DNA of 64,000 nt from positions 64,001 to 128,000 of the forward strand of contig CAXXLL010000002.1 of NCBI GenBank assembly GCA_963662545.2, given 5' to 3'. The DNA comes from Gammaproteobacteria bacterium (GTDB lineage: Bacteria; Pseudomonadota; Gammaproteobacteria; Ga0077536). The notes under the pieces were generated by a model. The model ran no database searches. It had not been told where the DNA came from and saw nothing but the letters and a program-made list of their open reading frames with translations. Positions 19,767-29,501 of the stretch are shown in pieces. Positions within the stretch are counted from its first letter, which is position 1. The number at the start of each line of letters is the position of its first letter. The position numbers and the translations under genes are program-made.

Positions 19767-21823
19767 TGGGTTATCGCATCGGTACCGATATCGGCGGCAC
19801 TTTCACTGATTTGTCGATCGCACGCGACGACGTGCTTGTCGGCCGCTTTAAATCTCCCAGCACGCCCGGCCGGCTATCCGAAGGGGTCATGGCCTGTGTT
19901 CAACTCGCGGCGGACTCGCTGGCGCTCACCGTCGAAGATCTGTTGGGCGACACCGAGGTGTTCGTCCACGGCTCTACCGTCGCGACCAATGCCGTACTTG
20001 AAGGCAAGGTCGCCAAGACCGGCGTGTTGTGTACCCGTGGTACGAAATACACCTTGTGGCGCGGTGAAGGCCGCCGCAAGGACATCTTCGATTTTACGAA
20101 GCCGCCACGCGAGCCGCTGATCGCGCCGCGCTACTGCGTCGAACTCGACGAGCGCGTCAATGCCGACGGCGAGATCGTTGCTGAGATCAAAGACGACGAC
20201 GTACTGCACGCCATAGACACACTCAAGCGTGCCGGTTGCGAGGCGGTTGCTGTTGCGCTGCTTTGGTCAATTCGCAACGGCGCGCACGAACGGCGAATCG
20301 GAGCGCTGCTTAAACAACACTGGCCGGAGGCGGTGGTCAGTTTGTCGTCCGAAGTGCAGCCGGTATTGCGCGAGTACACGCGGACCTCCTGCACCGTACT
20401 GAACGTCATGCTGAAACCGATGGTGGCCGCCTATCTGAATGAGCTCGAGGCGGCACTGAAGGAGAAACAGCTCGGCGGCGAGTTGCTGGTGGTGTCTTCC
20501 GACGGCGGCGTCCAGCCAGTCAGTGAGATCCTCCAGCGTCCTGTCTATATGCTGTTCTCCGGGCCTTCGACGGGCCCGGCTGCGGCGCGCCAGTTCGCCC
20601 ATGAGGAAGGTACGCGCGACGCCTTGCTGATCGACATGGGCGGTACGAGTTTCGATGTCAGCACGGTGATTGATGGACAGATCACGGTGACGCGCGACGG
20701 CCGCATCAACGATTACCCAACCGGCATCGCCGCCGTCGAGATCCTGAGCCTTGGTGCCGGCGGCGGCAGCATCGCCCGCGTCGATAGTGGCGGATTGTTG
20801 CAGGTCGGTCCGGAATCCGCCGGTGCTGAACCAGGCCCCGCGTGTTACCACCGCGGCGGTACGCGCCCGACAGTCACCGACGCTTATATCGCCTTGGGCT
20901 ACCTGGTTCCGGAGCACTTTCTCGGTGGCCGCATGCAGCTTTCAAGAGATGCCGCTGTTGCCGCGATTACGGAACATGTCGCGAGCCCCTTGGGCCTTGA
21001 CCTAGAAGCTGCGGCACTCGGGATCCTGCGCGTCGTTAATGAACGCATGATCAATGGCATTCTTGAGATGACTGTGCGTCGTGGCATTGATCCCAGGGGA
21101 CTCACACTCGTCACCGGTGGCGGGGCTACTGGCGTTGCCGCAATTGAACTCGCGCGCGAACTTGGCATCCCCAAGATCATCGTGCCGCGTGAAACATCGG
21201 TGTTGTGCGCGCTGGGCGCGCTGAATGCGGATCTCAAATGGTCTAACGTCGTCAGTCTGCCTTCTACGATTCGCACCTTTGCAGCCGACGAGGTCAATGG
21301 CGGGCTTGCCACGTTGCGCGCAAGCGGCGAGGAATTTCTCGATCGTCTCCGCGTTGAAGCGTCGCGCCGCCGCTACGAATTGTTTGCGTCGGCACGATAC
21401 CCGCTACAGGTGACCGAACTTGACGTCGCCTGCCCGGATACTCAGATCAGTGAGCAGGACCTCGCCGCCATTGCTGCAAGGTTTCACGATAGCTATCGCG
21501 ATCGCTACAGCATTGCGGAACCGGAGAATGATGTTGAACTCGTGATGTGGCGTCTAGTCGCTGCCGGCGTAGTCGAAGCACCACGACGTCCCAGTCCATC
21601 GACCGATGCGGACGAAAGCAGCATCGGCAACACGCGCTTTTTCGATGCTGTCACTCAATCGTGGGAGCAGGCGACGATGACCGATCCGGATCGCATGAGC
21701 GAGGACGAGGTCGTCAGTGGTCCGGCCTTGCTGGTTGCCGTGGATACGACCGTCGTCGTGCCGAGCGGCTACTCGGCAAGAATGACGACTGGCGGTTACG
21801 TCGTGATTGAACTCGATCACTGA
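19766..21823 (+). CDS. hydantoinase A/oxoprolinase-family ATP-binding subunit
   Basis: GTDIGGTFTD, HGSTVATNA, SGP, DMGGTSFDV, GAGGGSIA, VGPESAGAEPGPACY and PTVTDA motifs. Confidence 0.92.
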   Translation: MGYRIGTDIGGTFTDLSIARDDVLVGRFKSPSTPGRLSEGVMACVQLAADSLALTVEDLLGDTEVFVHGSTVATNAVLEGKVAKTGVLCTRGTKYTLWRGEGRRKDIFDFTKPPREPLIAPRYCVELDERVNADGEIVAEIKDDDVLHAIDTLKRAGCEAVAVALLWSIRNGAHERRIGALLKQHWPEAVVSLSSEVQPVLREYTRTSCTVLNVMLKPMVAAYLNELEAALKEKQLGGELLVVSSDGGVQPVSEILQRPVYMLFSGPSTGPAAARQFAHEEGTRDALLIDMGGTSFDVSTVIDGQITVTRDGRINDYPTGIAAVEILSLGAGGGSIARVDSGGLLQVGPESAGAEPGPACYHRGGTRPTVTDAYIALGYLVPEHFLGGRMQLSRDAAVAAITEHVASPLGLDLEAAALGILRVVNERMINGILEMTVRRGIDPRGLTLVTGGGATGVAAIELARELGIPKIIVPRETSVLCALGALNADLKWSNVVSLPSTIRTFAADEVNGGLATLRASGEEFLDRLRVEASRRRYELFASARYPLQVTELDVACPDTQISEQDLAAIAARFHDSYRDRYSIAEPENDVELVMWRLVAAGVVEAPRRPSPSTDADESSIGNTRFFDAVTQSWEQATMTDPDRMSEDEVVSGPALLVAVDTTVVVPSGYSARMTTGGYVVIELDH

Positions 21824-21855
21824 TCCCTGGAGTGCGCGCCATGTCCGCTTTGGGC

Positions 21856-23084
21856 TGCGGATTCAACCAGTCGATGCAACATCTAATCTCTAGTCATCGA
21901 GAGGAGGATGTTGAACATGAAGTACAGACAGAGGACTTACTACAGCGAAACTGACAAGGCTCTAATGTGGGATCGCTGGCAGAAAGGCGAGTCTCTGCAG
22001 ACCATCGCTCAGCTTTTTAATCGAAATCATTCATCGATAGCTGGCGTGTTGTCGAGAACTGGGGGCATCCGTCCTCCTCAGCGAACCCGTTCAAGATCCG
22101 CACTAAGCTTGGCGGAGCGCGAGGACATCTCGCGGGGTGTTGTCACCGGCCATTCTGTTCGTTCGATCGCAGCAACGCTCGAGCGGTCGCCTTCTACGGT
22201 GAGCCGAGAGATCGCCCGTAACGGTGGCCGACAATGTTACCGCGCGAGCGAAGCTGACTTAGCCGCCTGGGATCGGGCGCCTCGTGCCAAGACCTGTAAA
22301 CTGGTACAGAACCGCGACCTGGCCCGCATCGTGGCGAGCAAACTCAAGAAGTTCTGGTCACCCGCGCAGATTGCTGGCTGGTTGAAGCAAACGTATCCGC
22401 ACGATGAGAACATGCAGGTGTCGCACGAGACCCTCTATCGCAGTCTATTCATTCAAGCCCGTGGCGCCTTGAAGAAAACGCTGCTACAGCACCTCAGGCG
22501 AACACGTGCGATGCGTCGTTCGCGCCATCACACACAGAAGACCGATGATCACGGCAGGATTAGTAACGCAATCTCGATCAGCGAGCGTCCGCCATCGGTG
22601 GAAGACCGGGCCGTGCCAGGGCATTGGGAAGGTGATCTGATCTTCGGTTCGAACAACAGCCAGATCGCGACCTTGGTCGAGCGCCATACGCGTTACGTCA
22701 TGATGGCAAAGGTCAACGGCAAGGACACTGAGACGGTGATAAACGCGCTAATCAAACACGCACACAAGTTACCAAACGAACTCTACAAATCACTCACCTG
22801 GGATCGTGGCAAGGAAATGGCTGATCACGAGCGCTTTACGTTAGCGACCGATATCAAGGTGTACTTCTGTGATCCTCAAAACCCTTGGCAACGAGGCTCA
22901 AACGAAAACACGAACGGTCTTCTCAGGCAGTCCTTCCCGAAGGGAACGGACCTGTCGGTTCATTCGCAAGCCAAGCTCAATACGGTCGCACGGCAACTCA
23001 ACGAACGACCTAGAAAAACGCTAGACTTTGAAACACCGGCGCAACGTTTTAGCCAATGTGTTGCATCGACTGGTTGAATCCGCA
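21856..23084 (+). mobile_element. IS30-family insertion sequence, inserted in a hairpin repeat
   Basis: Perfect 26-bp IR TGCGGATTCAACCAGTCGATGCAACA; flanked by GGGC on both sides. Confidence 0.92.
21908..23077 (+). CDS. IS30 transposase
   Basis: RSPSTVSREI.RN, WSP.QI.G, VSHET.Y, GHWEGD, TWDRGKE, PWQRGSNENTNGLLRQ and LN.RPRK motifs. Confidence 0.93.
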   Translation: MLNMKYRQRTYYSETDKALMWDRWQKGESLQTIAQLFNRNHSSIAGVLSRTGGIRPPQRTRSRSALSLAEREDISRGVVTGHSVRSIAATLERSPSTVSREIARNGGRQCYRASEADLAAWDRAPRAKTCKLVQNRDLARIVASKLKKFWSPAQIAGWLKQTYPHDENMQVSHETLYRSLFIQARGALKKTLLQHLRRTRAMRRSRHHTQKTDDHGRISNAISISERPPSVEDRAVPGHWEGDLIFGSNNSQIATLVERHTRYVMMAKVNGKDTETVINALIKHAHKLPNELYKSLTWDRGKEMADHERFTLATDIKVYFCDPQNPWQRGSNENTNGLLRQSFPKGTDLSVHSQAKLNTVARQLNERPRKTLDFETPAQRFSQCVASTG

Positions 23085-23118
23085 GGGCTAAACGGACGTG
23101 GGCTTAATCGACAGCTTC

Positions 23119-23472
23119 TTATTCCTCTTCCCCACCCTCCGGCCATAGTGCCCTACCAAATATTGCCTTCGTCACAGCATTCCCGATCAGCACAAACAAG
23201 AACATCGTCGTTGCTTCTATCGGCACTGCTTCGGACCCTCTTGCACATATCCAATAGCTGAGTGTAATTCCGTACAGGTTTCCGATAGCTACGCAGGCGC
23301 ACAGATACGAATTGAAGCGCACATCCATTAAGATTGCCCCTACGGCTGTCAGAATGAACGGTACCGCGCTTCCTATATGGTGGTGCGCTAGTGGGACCAT
23401 CGTGACGGGTCGCGTGGGCGTGGCCGTGATTTCAGTGTTCGTGATTGATGGCCGTATTGACGAATCGAACAT
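23119..23472 (-). CDS. possible small membrane protein or remnant
   Basis: Three hydrophobic stretches in the C-terminal part; start uncertain; no family recognised. Confidence 0.25.
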   Translation of the reverse strand: MFDSSIRPSITNTEITATPTRPVTMVPLAHHHIGSAVPFILTAVGAILMDVRFNSYLCACVAIGNLYGITLSYWICARGSEAVPIEATTMFLFVLIGNAVTKAIFGRALWPEGGEEE

Positions 23473-23580
23473 GCGACAACTACCAGAGAATCCTACCCCA
23501 AAAAATGAACGTAAATGTTCTCTTCCTATAACACCACGGTCATTCGTTATCAGAGTAGTAGACGGATAAGTTGACCTCTT

Positions 23581-24852
23581 ATGTCGAAAGACTGCCCGCC
23601 AAAAGTTGTTATTGTTGGCGCCGGCTTCGGCGGATTGTTTGCTGCCAAAGCATTATCAAGGGTTCCGGCCGATGTCATCTTGGTTGATCGCCATAACTAT
23701 CATCTGTTTCAACCCTTGCTTTATCAGGTTGCGACGGCCGGCTTGGCGCCTTCTGATATTGCCTGGCCGATCAGATCTATTTTGACCCGACAGCGCAATG
23801 TATCGGTCCTATTAGGCGACGTGCAAAGTGTGGATATGGACAAGCGACTGGTGAACTTCAAGGACGAGCGCATCGAATTTGATTACCTTGTCCTGGCGAC
23901 GGGAGCCCGGCATTCATATTTTGGCAATGATGAGTGGAGTCACTCTGCCCCAGGCTTAAAGAGTATTAATGATGCAACTGCCATTCGCCGCCGCCTGCTG
24001 CTGGCATTTGAGCAAGCGGAATCATGCAACGACCTGAGTGAACGTGAGCGTTTGCTGCGATTCTTAATCGTCGGTGCCGGTCCCACGGGAGTTGAGCTCG
24101 CAGGGGCAATAGCGGAACTGGCACACTTTACTTTAGCCGCGGACTTCCGGCGCATTGACCCACGCAGCGCCAAGGTCCTTCTCGTGGAAGCCGGATCGCG
24201 AGTATTACCGACCTTTGATGAATCTAGTTCGAAGTATGCAAAAAAGGCCTTGGAACGACTGCACGTAGAAGTTCGGCTCAATTCACCCGTTACTCATTGC
24301 GACGCTAGTGGGGTCGTGATTGGCGATGAAAAAGTCGATGCGGCAACAACACTCTGGGCCGCTGGCGTAGCAGCTTCTCCAGTCGGCGACTGGCTAGGTG
24401 CGGAGACCGACCGAGCTGGGCGAGTAATAGTAAAACCAGACCTGTCCATCGAAGACGCGCCTAATGTTTTTGTGATTGGCGATGCTGCAGCCGTCACGGA
24501 TTCACGGGGTGTCCAGGTGCCAGGGATCGCACCAGCTGCAAAGCAACAGGGCCGGTACGTTGCCAGAATTATTGGCTCACGAATCAATGGGGGGGGCAAA
24601 CCGCCGCCGTTCCGCTATCGGCATTCCGGAAACCTGGCAACAATCGGCCGTAAATCCGCCGTAATTGAGTTTCCTTTGTTGCACCTCAAAGGCTTCCTGG
24701 CCTGGTGGATCTGGGGAGTCGCGCACATCTACTTTTTAATAGGCCTGCCGAGCCCTCTAATGGTTTCATTCCGCTGGCTCTGGGAATACATCACCTACAG
24801 CCGCGGTGCCCGGCTAATCACGGGTAAAGACCAGAATGCTGGTCATGGATGA
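23581..24852 (+). CDS. ndh: type II NADH dehydrogenase-like FAD oxidoreductase
   Basis: GAGFGG, HLFQPLLYQVATAGL, GAGPTGVELAGAI, WAAGV, IGD, PGIAPAAKQQG and GNLATIGR motifs. Confidence 0.9.
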   Translation: MSKDCPPKVVIVGAGFGGLFAAKALSRVPADVILVDRHNYHLFQPLLYQVATAGLAPSDIAWPIRSILTRQRNVSVLLGDVQSVDMDKRLVNFKDERIEFDYLVLATGARHSYFGNDEWSHSAPGLKSINDATAIRRRLLLAFEQAESCNDLSERERLLRFLIVGAGPTGVELAGAIAELAHFTLAADFRRIDPRSAKVLLVEAGSRVLPTFDESSSKYAKKALERLHVEVRLNSPVTHCDASGVVIGDEKVDAATTLWAAGVAASPVGDWLGAETDRAGRVIVKPDLSIEDAPNVFVIGDAAAVTDSRGVQVPGIAPAAKQQGRYVARIIGSRINGGGKPPPFRYRHSGNLATIGRKSAVIEFPLLHLKGFLAWWIWGVAHIYFLIGLPSPLMVSFRWLWEYITYSRGARLITGKDQNAGHG

Positions 24853-25082
24853 ATTTGAGACGCCGACCGCAACAGAAGTAATTCAGCGGTTGAACTCCAC
24901 AATGCTGCGAGTATTCTCGAGTTTGAGAGTTTTGGCTTTGAGTGATTCGACCTTCCCGGCAACTTGAAGCCGACCGAACTTTCCCGAAAACAGTTATCGG
25001 AGCCCCACGTTCCACGCGCCGGCAGGCCGCATAATTACTAAAACGTCAAATCAGAACTTTCCCGAAAAGGGGTATTTTCGAG

Positions 25083-25111
25083 ATGACCGCTTAGCACCCG
25101 AAAGCGACCGT
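25083..25111 (+). repeat. single hairpin unit of the repeat family
   Basis: ATGACCGCTTAGCACCCGAAAGCGACCGT between ndh and the CehA-like gene. Confidence 0.6.
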
Positions 25112-25328
25112 GACCGACGATGCAAATACCTCGGTCATAAACGGATGTCCTCGGATACTCGGCGACGCCCGAAAGTTTAATAATTTGGGCGGTGTATCCG
25201 GGAACCAAGGGAGTGAAATTCCTGGTTTTTAAACTGGCGTTTAGCTCCCCTAAGTTCCGTTCAGGTTTCGCGATCGTCTGCGACCGAAATCCGTTTTAAT
25301 TTCGCGGCTGTTAATCGTTTGGGCAGGT

Positions 25329-27056
25329 CTATTTCATTAGCGCCTTAAAGTAATTTTTCGATACTTCAATTTCTTTTAGCAACGCCGCGCGGTTTTTCCG
25401 CAAAATTTCCTCAGGCACCGCATCCATGGTCGGGTTCTCAAGTTTCGCGGCCAGAAAGTCAAGATTGTCTTCCGCGAGGACGCGCTCGAGGTCGTTCAAT
25501 CTCGCTATAAATGCTTGGGCGACGATCCTGGTGCGTGCGCTTTTCTCTATTCCGGGGCGATTCTTGATTGAGACATACACGGGTGCGGAATGGAATGTGC
25601 TGTTCGGCGCGAAGGTGCCAAAGATAATCGGTGTGGCGAACGGGACTTCATCGATTCGAGCGCCGTAGCCTCTCATGGCAAGCCAGGAACCATTCTCGAT
25701 CCGGCGCTTTACCGAGAATTCGATTGTTGCGGCGTTGCCGACGCGCGAGATGCGCTCGACGACGTTGCCGTTATGAATGAGTTCAACGAAGCTGACGTCG
25801 TCTCGTGTCGGGTCAAAGGCGACGCTGCCGGAAATTTCCACGTCGGATGGCGTGTCGAGCTCTATGGTGCTGCCAATATCGCCACCATTCACGCGAAATT
25901 CTACGAGCGGACCCGTCGTTACGAATGTGCGACCTTGACGCACGCCTTCCAGCCATTTTGCGTAGGTCAACGGTCCGTCGACTTTGGTGTAAAACCGTTC
26001 GTGCCCCGGAATGACCTGCCCGCCACAGGGGTAGTCGGTACCGGCGGTCGGTGTAATGCGCAGGCCAAGTGCAAGCAGGTCGTACCAGACGTCATAACCA
26101 CTACGATCGAACTGCAACACCTCGAGAAAATGAAGCAAACCGTGCGGTACGACGACCGCCATGCCGTCGTGAGGGGCGATAAATGAAGCATAGGGAAATA
26201 CCGCGTGCGCGAATCCGTTAAGTGCGCCTTCCTTAACAGTCTGTTCCCAAATAAGGCGGTAGATCAGGTACTGGTCCTCATTGAAGTGCGTCTTTTCCGC
26301 ACCCAATGTGATGGTGTGGCCGAGGAAGTGTGTTCGCGGGTTTTCCTGACCGGCGGCCAAAATGTAGTGTCCCTCTTGATAATGACTGTCTGGTCCGTGC
26401 GCGTATTGGTGCGCAATGCCGAAGTCGCCGACTTTCCCCATCTGAAGCAGATTGGCGACGTGAACGTCTTCGGCCTGCATCATTTTTGATACGTCGTGAT
26501 TGTGCGCAGCGCTTGGTCGCTGAATATGCAGGTGATCGTCGCCGCTGTACCAGCCCTTTTGTGGCATGTTGATCCAGCGGGTCAAACTGATTTCCAGATC
26601 AACGTTGTCGGCTTTAGAAATCTCGACGTTTGCCTCCGCGACCTTGTATTCGGGGCCTTTGAATACACGAACGTTTGCCGATCCGGCTGGCAGCCTGAGG
26701 GTTGACGTTCCCGCACTATAGAACTGCGTAGACTTGGTGTAGGGATTTTCTATGCCAACACGGCCGGAGTAAGCGGGGACCGACGCAGCATCATCCAGCA
26801 GTCCGGCGCCCGGTTTGCTCATCGTGCAATCACCGCTGTAGGCGAGCGCATTGTCGGCGACGAAGTACTCTCCGTTGGCGCCCTGGACTTCCAAACGCGC
26901 CGGCACGATGGCGCCGGATTCGGCGTCTTTGAGCGTCAGGCGTAGTGTCCCCATACCCTCCTGCGCATGAAGTGTGTGAGAACCCGTCGCAATGACGATG
27001 GACAGGATCAGCGCACGTTCAAAGTCGCGGTTAGTCAGACGCCACAATGGAATCAT
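25329..27056 (-). CDS. secreted CehA/McbA-family (PHP-like) metallohydrolase
   Basis: Signal peptide, KGPEY, GWYSGDDHLH, GH, FAHA, TAGTD and W.EG.RQGRTFVTTGP motifs. Confidence 0.8.
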   Translation of the reverse strand: MIPLWRLTNRDFERALILSIVIATGSHTLHAQEGMGTLRLTLKDAESGAIVPARLEVQGANGEYFVADNALAYSGDCTMSKPGAGLLDDAASVPAYSGRVGIENPYTKSTQFYSAGTSTLRLPAGSANVRVFKGPEYKVAEANVEISKADNVDLEISLTRWINMPQKGWYSGDDHLHIQRPSAAHNHDVSKMMQAEDVHVANLLQMGKVGDFGIAHQYAHGPDSHYQEGHYILAAGQENPRTHFLGHTITLGAEKTHFNEDQYLIYRLIWEQTVKEGALNGFAHAVFPYASFIAPHDGMAVVVPHGLLHFLEVLQFDRSGYDVWYDLLALGLRITPTAGTDYPCGGQVIPGHERFYTKVDGPLTYAKWLEGVRQGRTFVTTGPLVEFRVNGGDIGSTIELDTPSDVEISGSVAFDPTRDDVSFVELIHNGNVVERISRVGNAATIEFSVKRRIENGSWLAMRGYGARIDEVPFATPIIFGTFAPNSTFHSAPVYVSIKNRPGIEKSARTRIVAQAFIARLNDLERVLAEDNLDFLAAKLENPTMDAVPEEILRKNRAALLKEIEVSKNYFKALMK

Positions 27057-27260
27057 CGATTCGCTCCCTTATCCGATTCGAGTTCGCCTAGCGTAAGGCA
27101 TGTACGCGTCATTGTAGAGCGCCTAACTGAGAACAGACTGACGCGATAACTATCTGCGCCGTGTAGTGGAGCTAAGCAATCCTCGAGTACCGCGAGCTAT
27201 TAGCACTCGCGCAAAGTAGCGGGCGGGATGATTAGTGCACCGATACGTCCGTTTCGGGTC

Positions 27261-27419
27261 CAGGCTGTCCGAAAACTAATTTCGATTTTGGAAAGTGGGG
27301 TATGCGTTATCCAATTTGATCAATTTGCGCAGTGTGGTCCCTAATTTATCTGCTATGGGGACAACAAGTGGGGAAACTTTTCGTCGCGTAACGATTTTTC
27401 GGAGTTTTCGGACAGCCTG
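27261..27419. mobile_element. MITE B (159 bp), inserted in a hairpin repeat
   Basis: TIRs CAGGCTGTCCGAAAACT / AGTTTTCGGACAGCCTG, GGTC duplicated on both sides. Reconstructed empty site: ACGTCCGTTTCGGGTCGTCAGCGTGGT. Confidence 0.8.
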
Positions 27420-27516
27420 GGTCGTCAGCGTGGTAGTACGGTGCCAGATATTACGGGGACAAATTACTTAATCATGCCAAGCCGGTCCGTTCGGTATGAG
27501 CCGCGTGGCAATTAGT

Positions 27517-29217
27517 TAGTGTCCGTCCATAAACAGGCATTTTCTTCGATGGGCACGGAGAAATCGAGGTGTTGAAAGTAGGTTGTTGGAGCGGTAGCGG
27601 CGGTTCGGTGGGGGTCGAAGGGCTCTTCGAGCGTAATTGTGAGTACGTTCGCCGGCCGCAGAGCGCTGCAACCCAAAGTCGCCCGTTCGACGATATCGAG
27701 GAGGTCAGTTAGTGCGAGTGAACGTCGCTATTCGAGTTGATAGCGCGCGAGCAGGCTGAGGTTGTAGGCGACCACAGAAGACCACACGTAGGCTTCGAAG
27801 TGCGGCAGGCTCTTCCAGGTGCAACGTGCCAATCCGTATGCACGCTTCAGGCAGGAGATACCGGCCTCGATGCCGGCGCGGAAGTTGCGCAAGCGTCGAT
27901 AGACCCACTGACTCTTGACCATGTCGGCGATCGCGAGCCCGCGCTTCTTGTGGAAGGCAACGTCTTCGATGCCTTCTGCTTTCGCCGCCCGGAGATTGTC
28001 GAGGCTCGCATAGCCGCCATCGGCGGCGACCTGTCGTGGCATCGTCCCGTAGTGTGTTCGATGCCGTTCGAGCATCGGCATGAAGCGCTGACTATCGACC
28101 GGATTGCCTCGCTCGATGACCACGTCGAGGATGAGGCCACTGCGCCCCGAAGCCAGATTGATTTTGTGTCCGTACTGAACGTCGCGCGCACCCTTTATGA
28201 TGATGTCGGTATGCGGCTCGAACAAGCTCACGCACTTCTCGCTCGCGGGGACCTTCTCACCGCCGAACACCCGCCGCTCAGTTTGCGAAATCACCTGCAG
28301 AACAAGTGTTTCGTAGTGCGCTACCTGCGCTAGCCAGTCCGGCAGTTCAACGCCGGTGACGCCCGGGCTCAGCAGCTGCTCACGTACCCTCGCTACCGCT
28401 TCCAAGGTTGAACGCGTCGCCCCAATCAAATCGCGATACAGACGTTGGCGTTGCTTCGCACCACGCGCATACCACAGCGCCCGCGCACGCTTCTTCGCCA
28501 ATCGAGTGTGGTTCACGAAGCACAACTCCGGCGCGCCAGGCAACTCGCGCGCCTGTGCGAGCAGACGAACCACAACACGCACGCCATCCCACAGCAGATG
28601 ACTGTCGCTCGGCGCGTGGATGGCACTGTCCGTTACCGTGCTATCAATCCGTACACGCTGTGCCGGCTCAATGCGCGTCTCTTTCGCCGTCGCCAGCAGG
28701 GCGCGATGAATAGACTCCCACGTCGATACCTGGATCGCCGAGACCACCCGCTGTAAGGCAGACTTCTTCGGACGTTCATTACCCGGCAACCGGGCGAAGG
28801 CCTGAAAGCTCGCCGAGTCCTGCAGGTGAAAGGCCAGCTCCTCGTAACTCAATTGCCGGTGCTGCTTGAGCACCGCGCAGCGCAGCACCGACTCCGCCGA
28901 CAGTCCGCGTCGACCGGTGGGCTTCAAACCCCGCCGACACAGATCGTTCATGACCGGCGTGAGGACCTTGGGGTGAGCATCGAGCCACTCGGACATGCCC
29001 TGCAGCTCTCGCCCCAGGTCATGGTCAGCAAACAGCTCGTATATACTCGCTTGGGCCGTGCGTTTCTGACGCATTCCCCCTCCTGTGGTGTCGATGATTG
29101 TGTGGAAAATCAGAGGTTTGAAGTTCCATTAGATCACGACCCACCGGAGGTTTCGATCCCTTAAGCGACAAATTTTCCTTTTTATTTCAACCGCATCGCG
29201 TTTAGGGATGCACACTA
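27517..29217 (-). mobile_element. ISNCY/IS5-like insertion sequence
   Basis: Imperfect IRs TAGTGTCCGTCCATAAAC / GTTTAGGGATGCACACTA around the transposase. Confidence 0.7.
27728..29074 (-). CDS. ISNCY-family DDE transposase
   Basis: RIDSTV....IHAPSDS.LL, SLFEPHTDII.KG, YGHK, ADGGY and FRAGIEAGIS.LKR motifs. Confidence 0.9.
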   Translation of the reverse strand: MRQKRTAQASIYELFADHDLGRELQGMSEWLDAHPKVLTPVMNDLCRRGLKPTGRRGLSAESVLRCAVLKQHRQLSYEELAFHLQDSASFQAFARLPGNERPKKSALQRVVSAIQVSTWESIHRALLATAKETRIEPAQRVRIDSTVTDSAIHAPSDSHLLWDGVRVVVRLLAQARELPGAPELCFVNHTRLAKKRARALWYARGAKQRQRLYRDLIGATRSTLEAVARVREQLLSPGVTGVELPDWLAQVAHYETLVLQVISQTERRVFGGEKVPASEKCVSLFEPHTDIIIKGARDVQYGHKINLASGRSGLILDVVIERGNPVDSQRFMPMLERHRTHYGTMPRQVAADGGYASLDNLRAAKAEGIEDVAFHKKRGLAIADMVKSQWVYRRLRNFRAGIEAGISCLKRAYGLARCTWKSLPHFEAYVWSSVVAYNLSLLARYQLE

Positions 29218-29501
29218 GCAAGGGAATCGAAGGCAAACGTGATGAACTCGTGCACAGCGCACGCGAGAAGATCACCAAAGACGAGGCCCGCACCGTAATC
29301 ATCGCGCGTCTGCGGCTACTTCTAACGGACACCTACGTCGCTTATTTACGTGCCGACCAACGAAAATGCGTAAAGTGCATCGAAAATCTGTGGGATAAGT
29401 ACGCAGTGACCGCAACTAGCATCGAAGCAGAACGGGACGCTGCATCAGAGCGGTTACAGACCTTCTTGGTAGATTTGGGCTACGACGTTGCCCAATCATG
29501 A
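29218..29501 (+). pseudogene. hsdM: C-terminal remnant of type I RM methyltransferase, truncated by the IS
   Basis: AREKIT.DEAR..I, ENLWDKYAVT...IEAERD.A...LQ.FL..LGY C-terminus; translationally coupled to hsdS. Confidence 0.8.

Noticed and set aside
27200-27226. TTAGCACTC, a CIRCE half-site
   Set aside because: The second half GAGTGCTAA is absent at 9-bp spacing. No full CIRCE was seen near hrcA, grpE or dnaK either.
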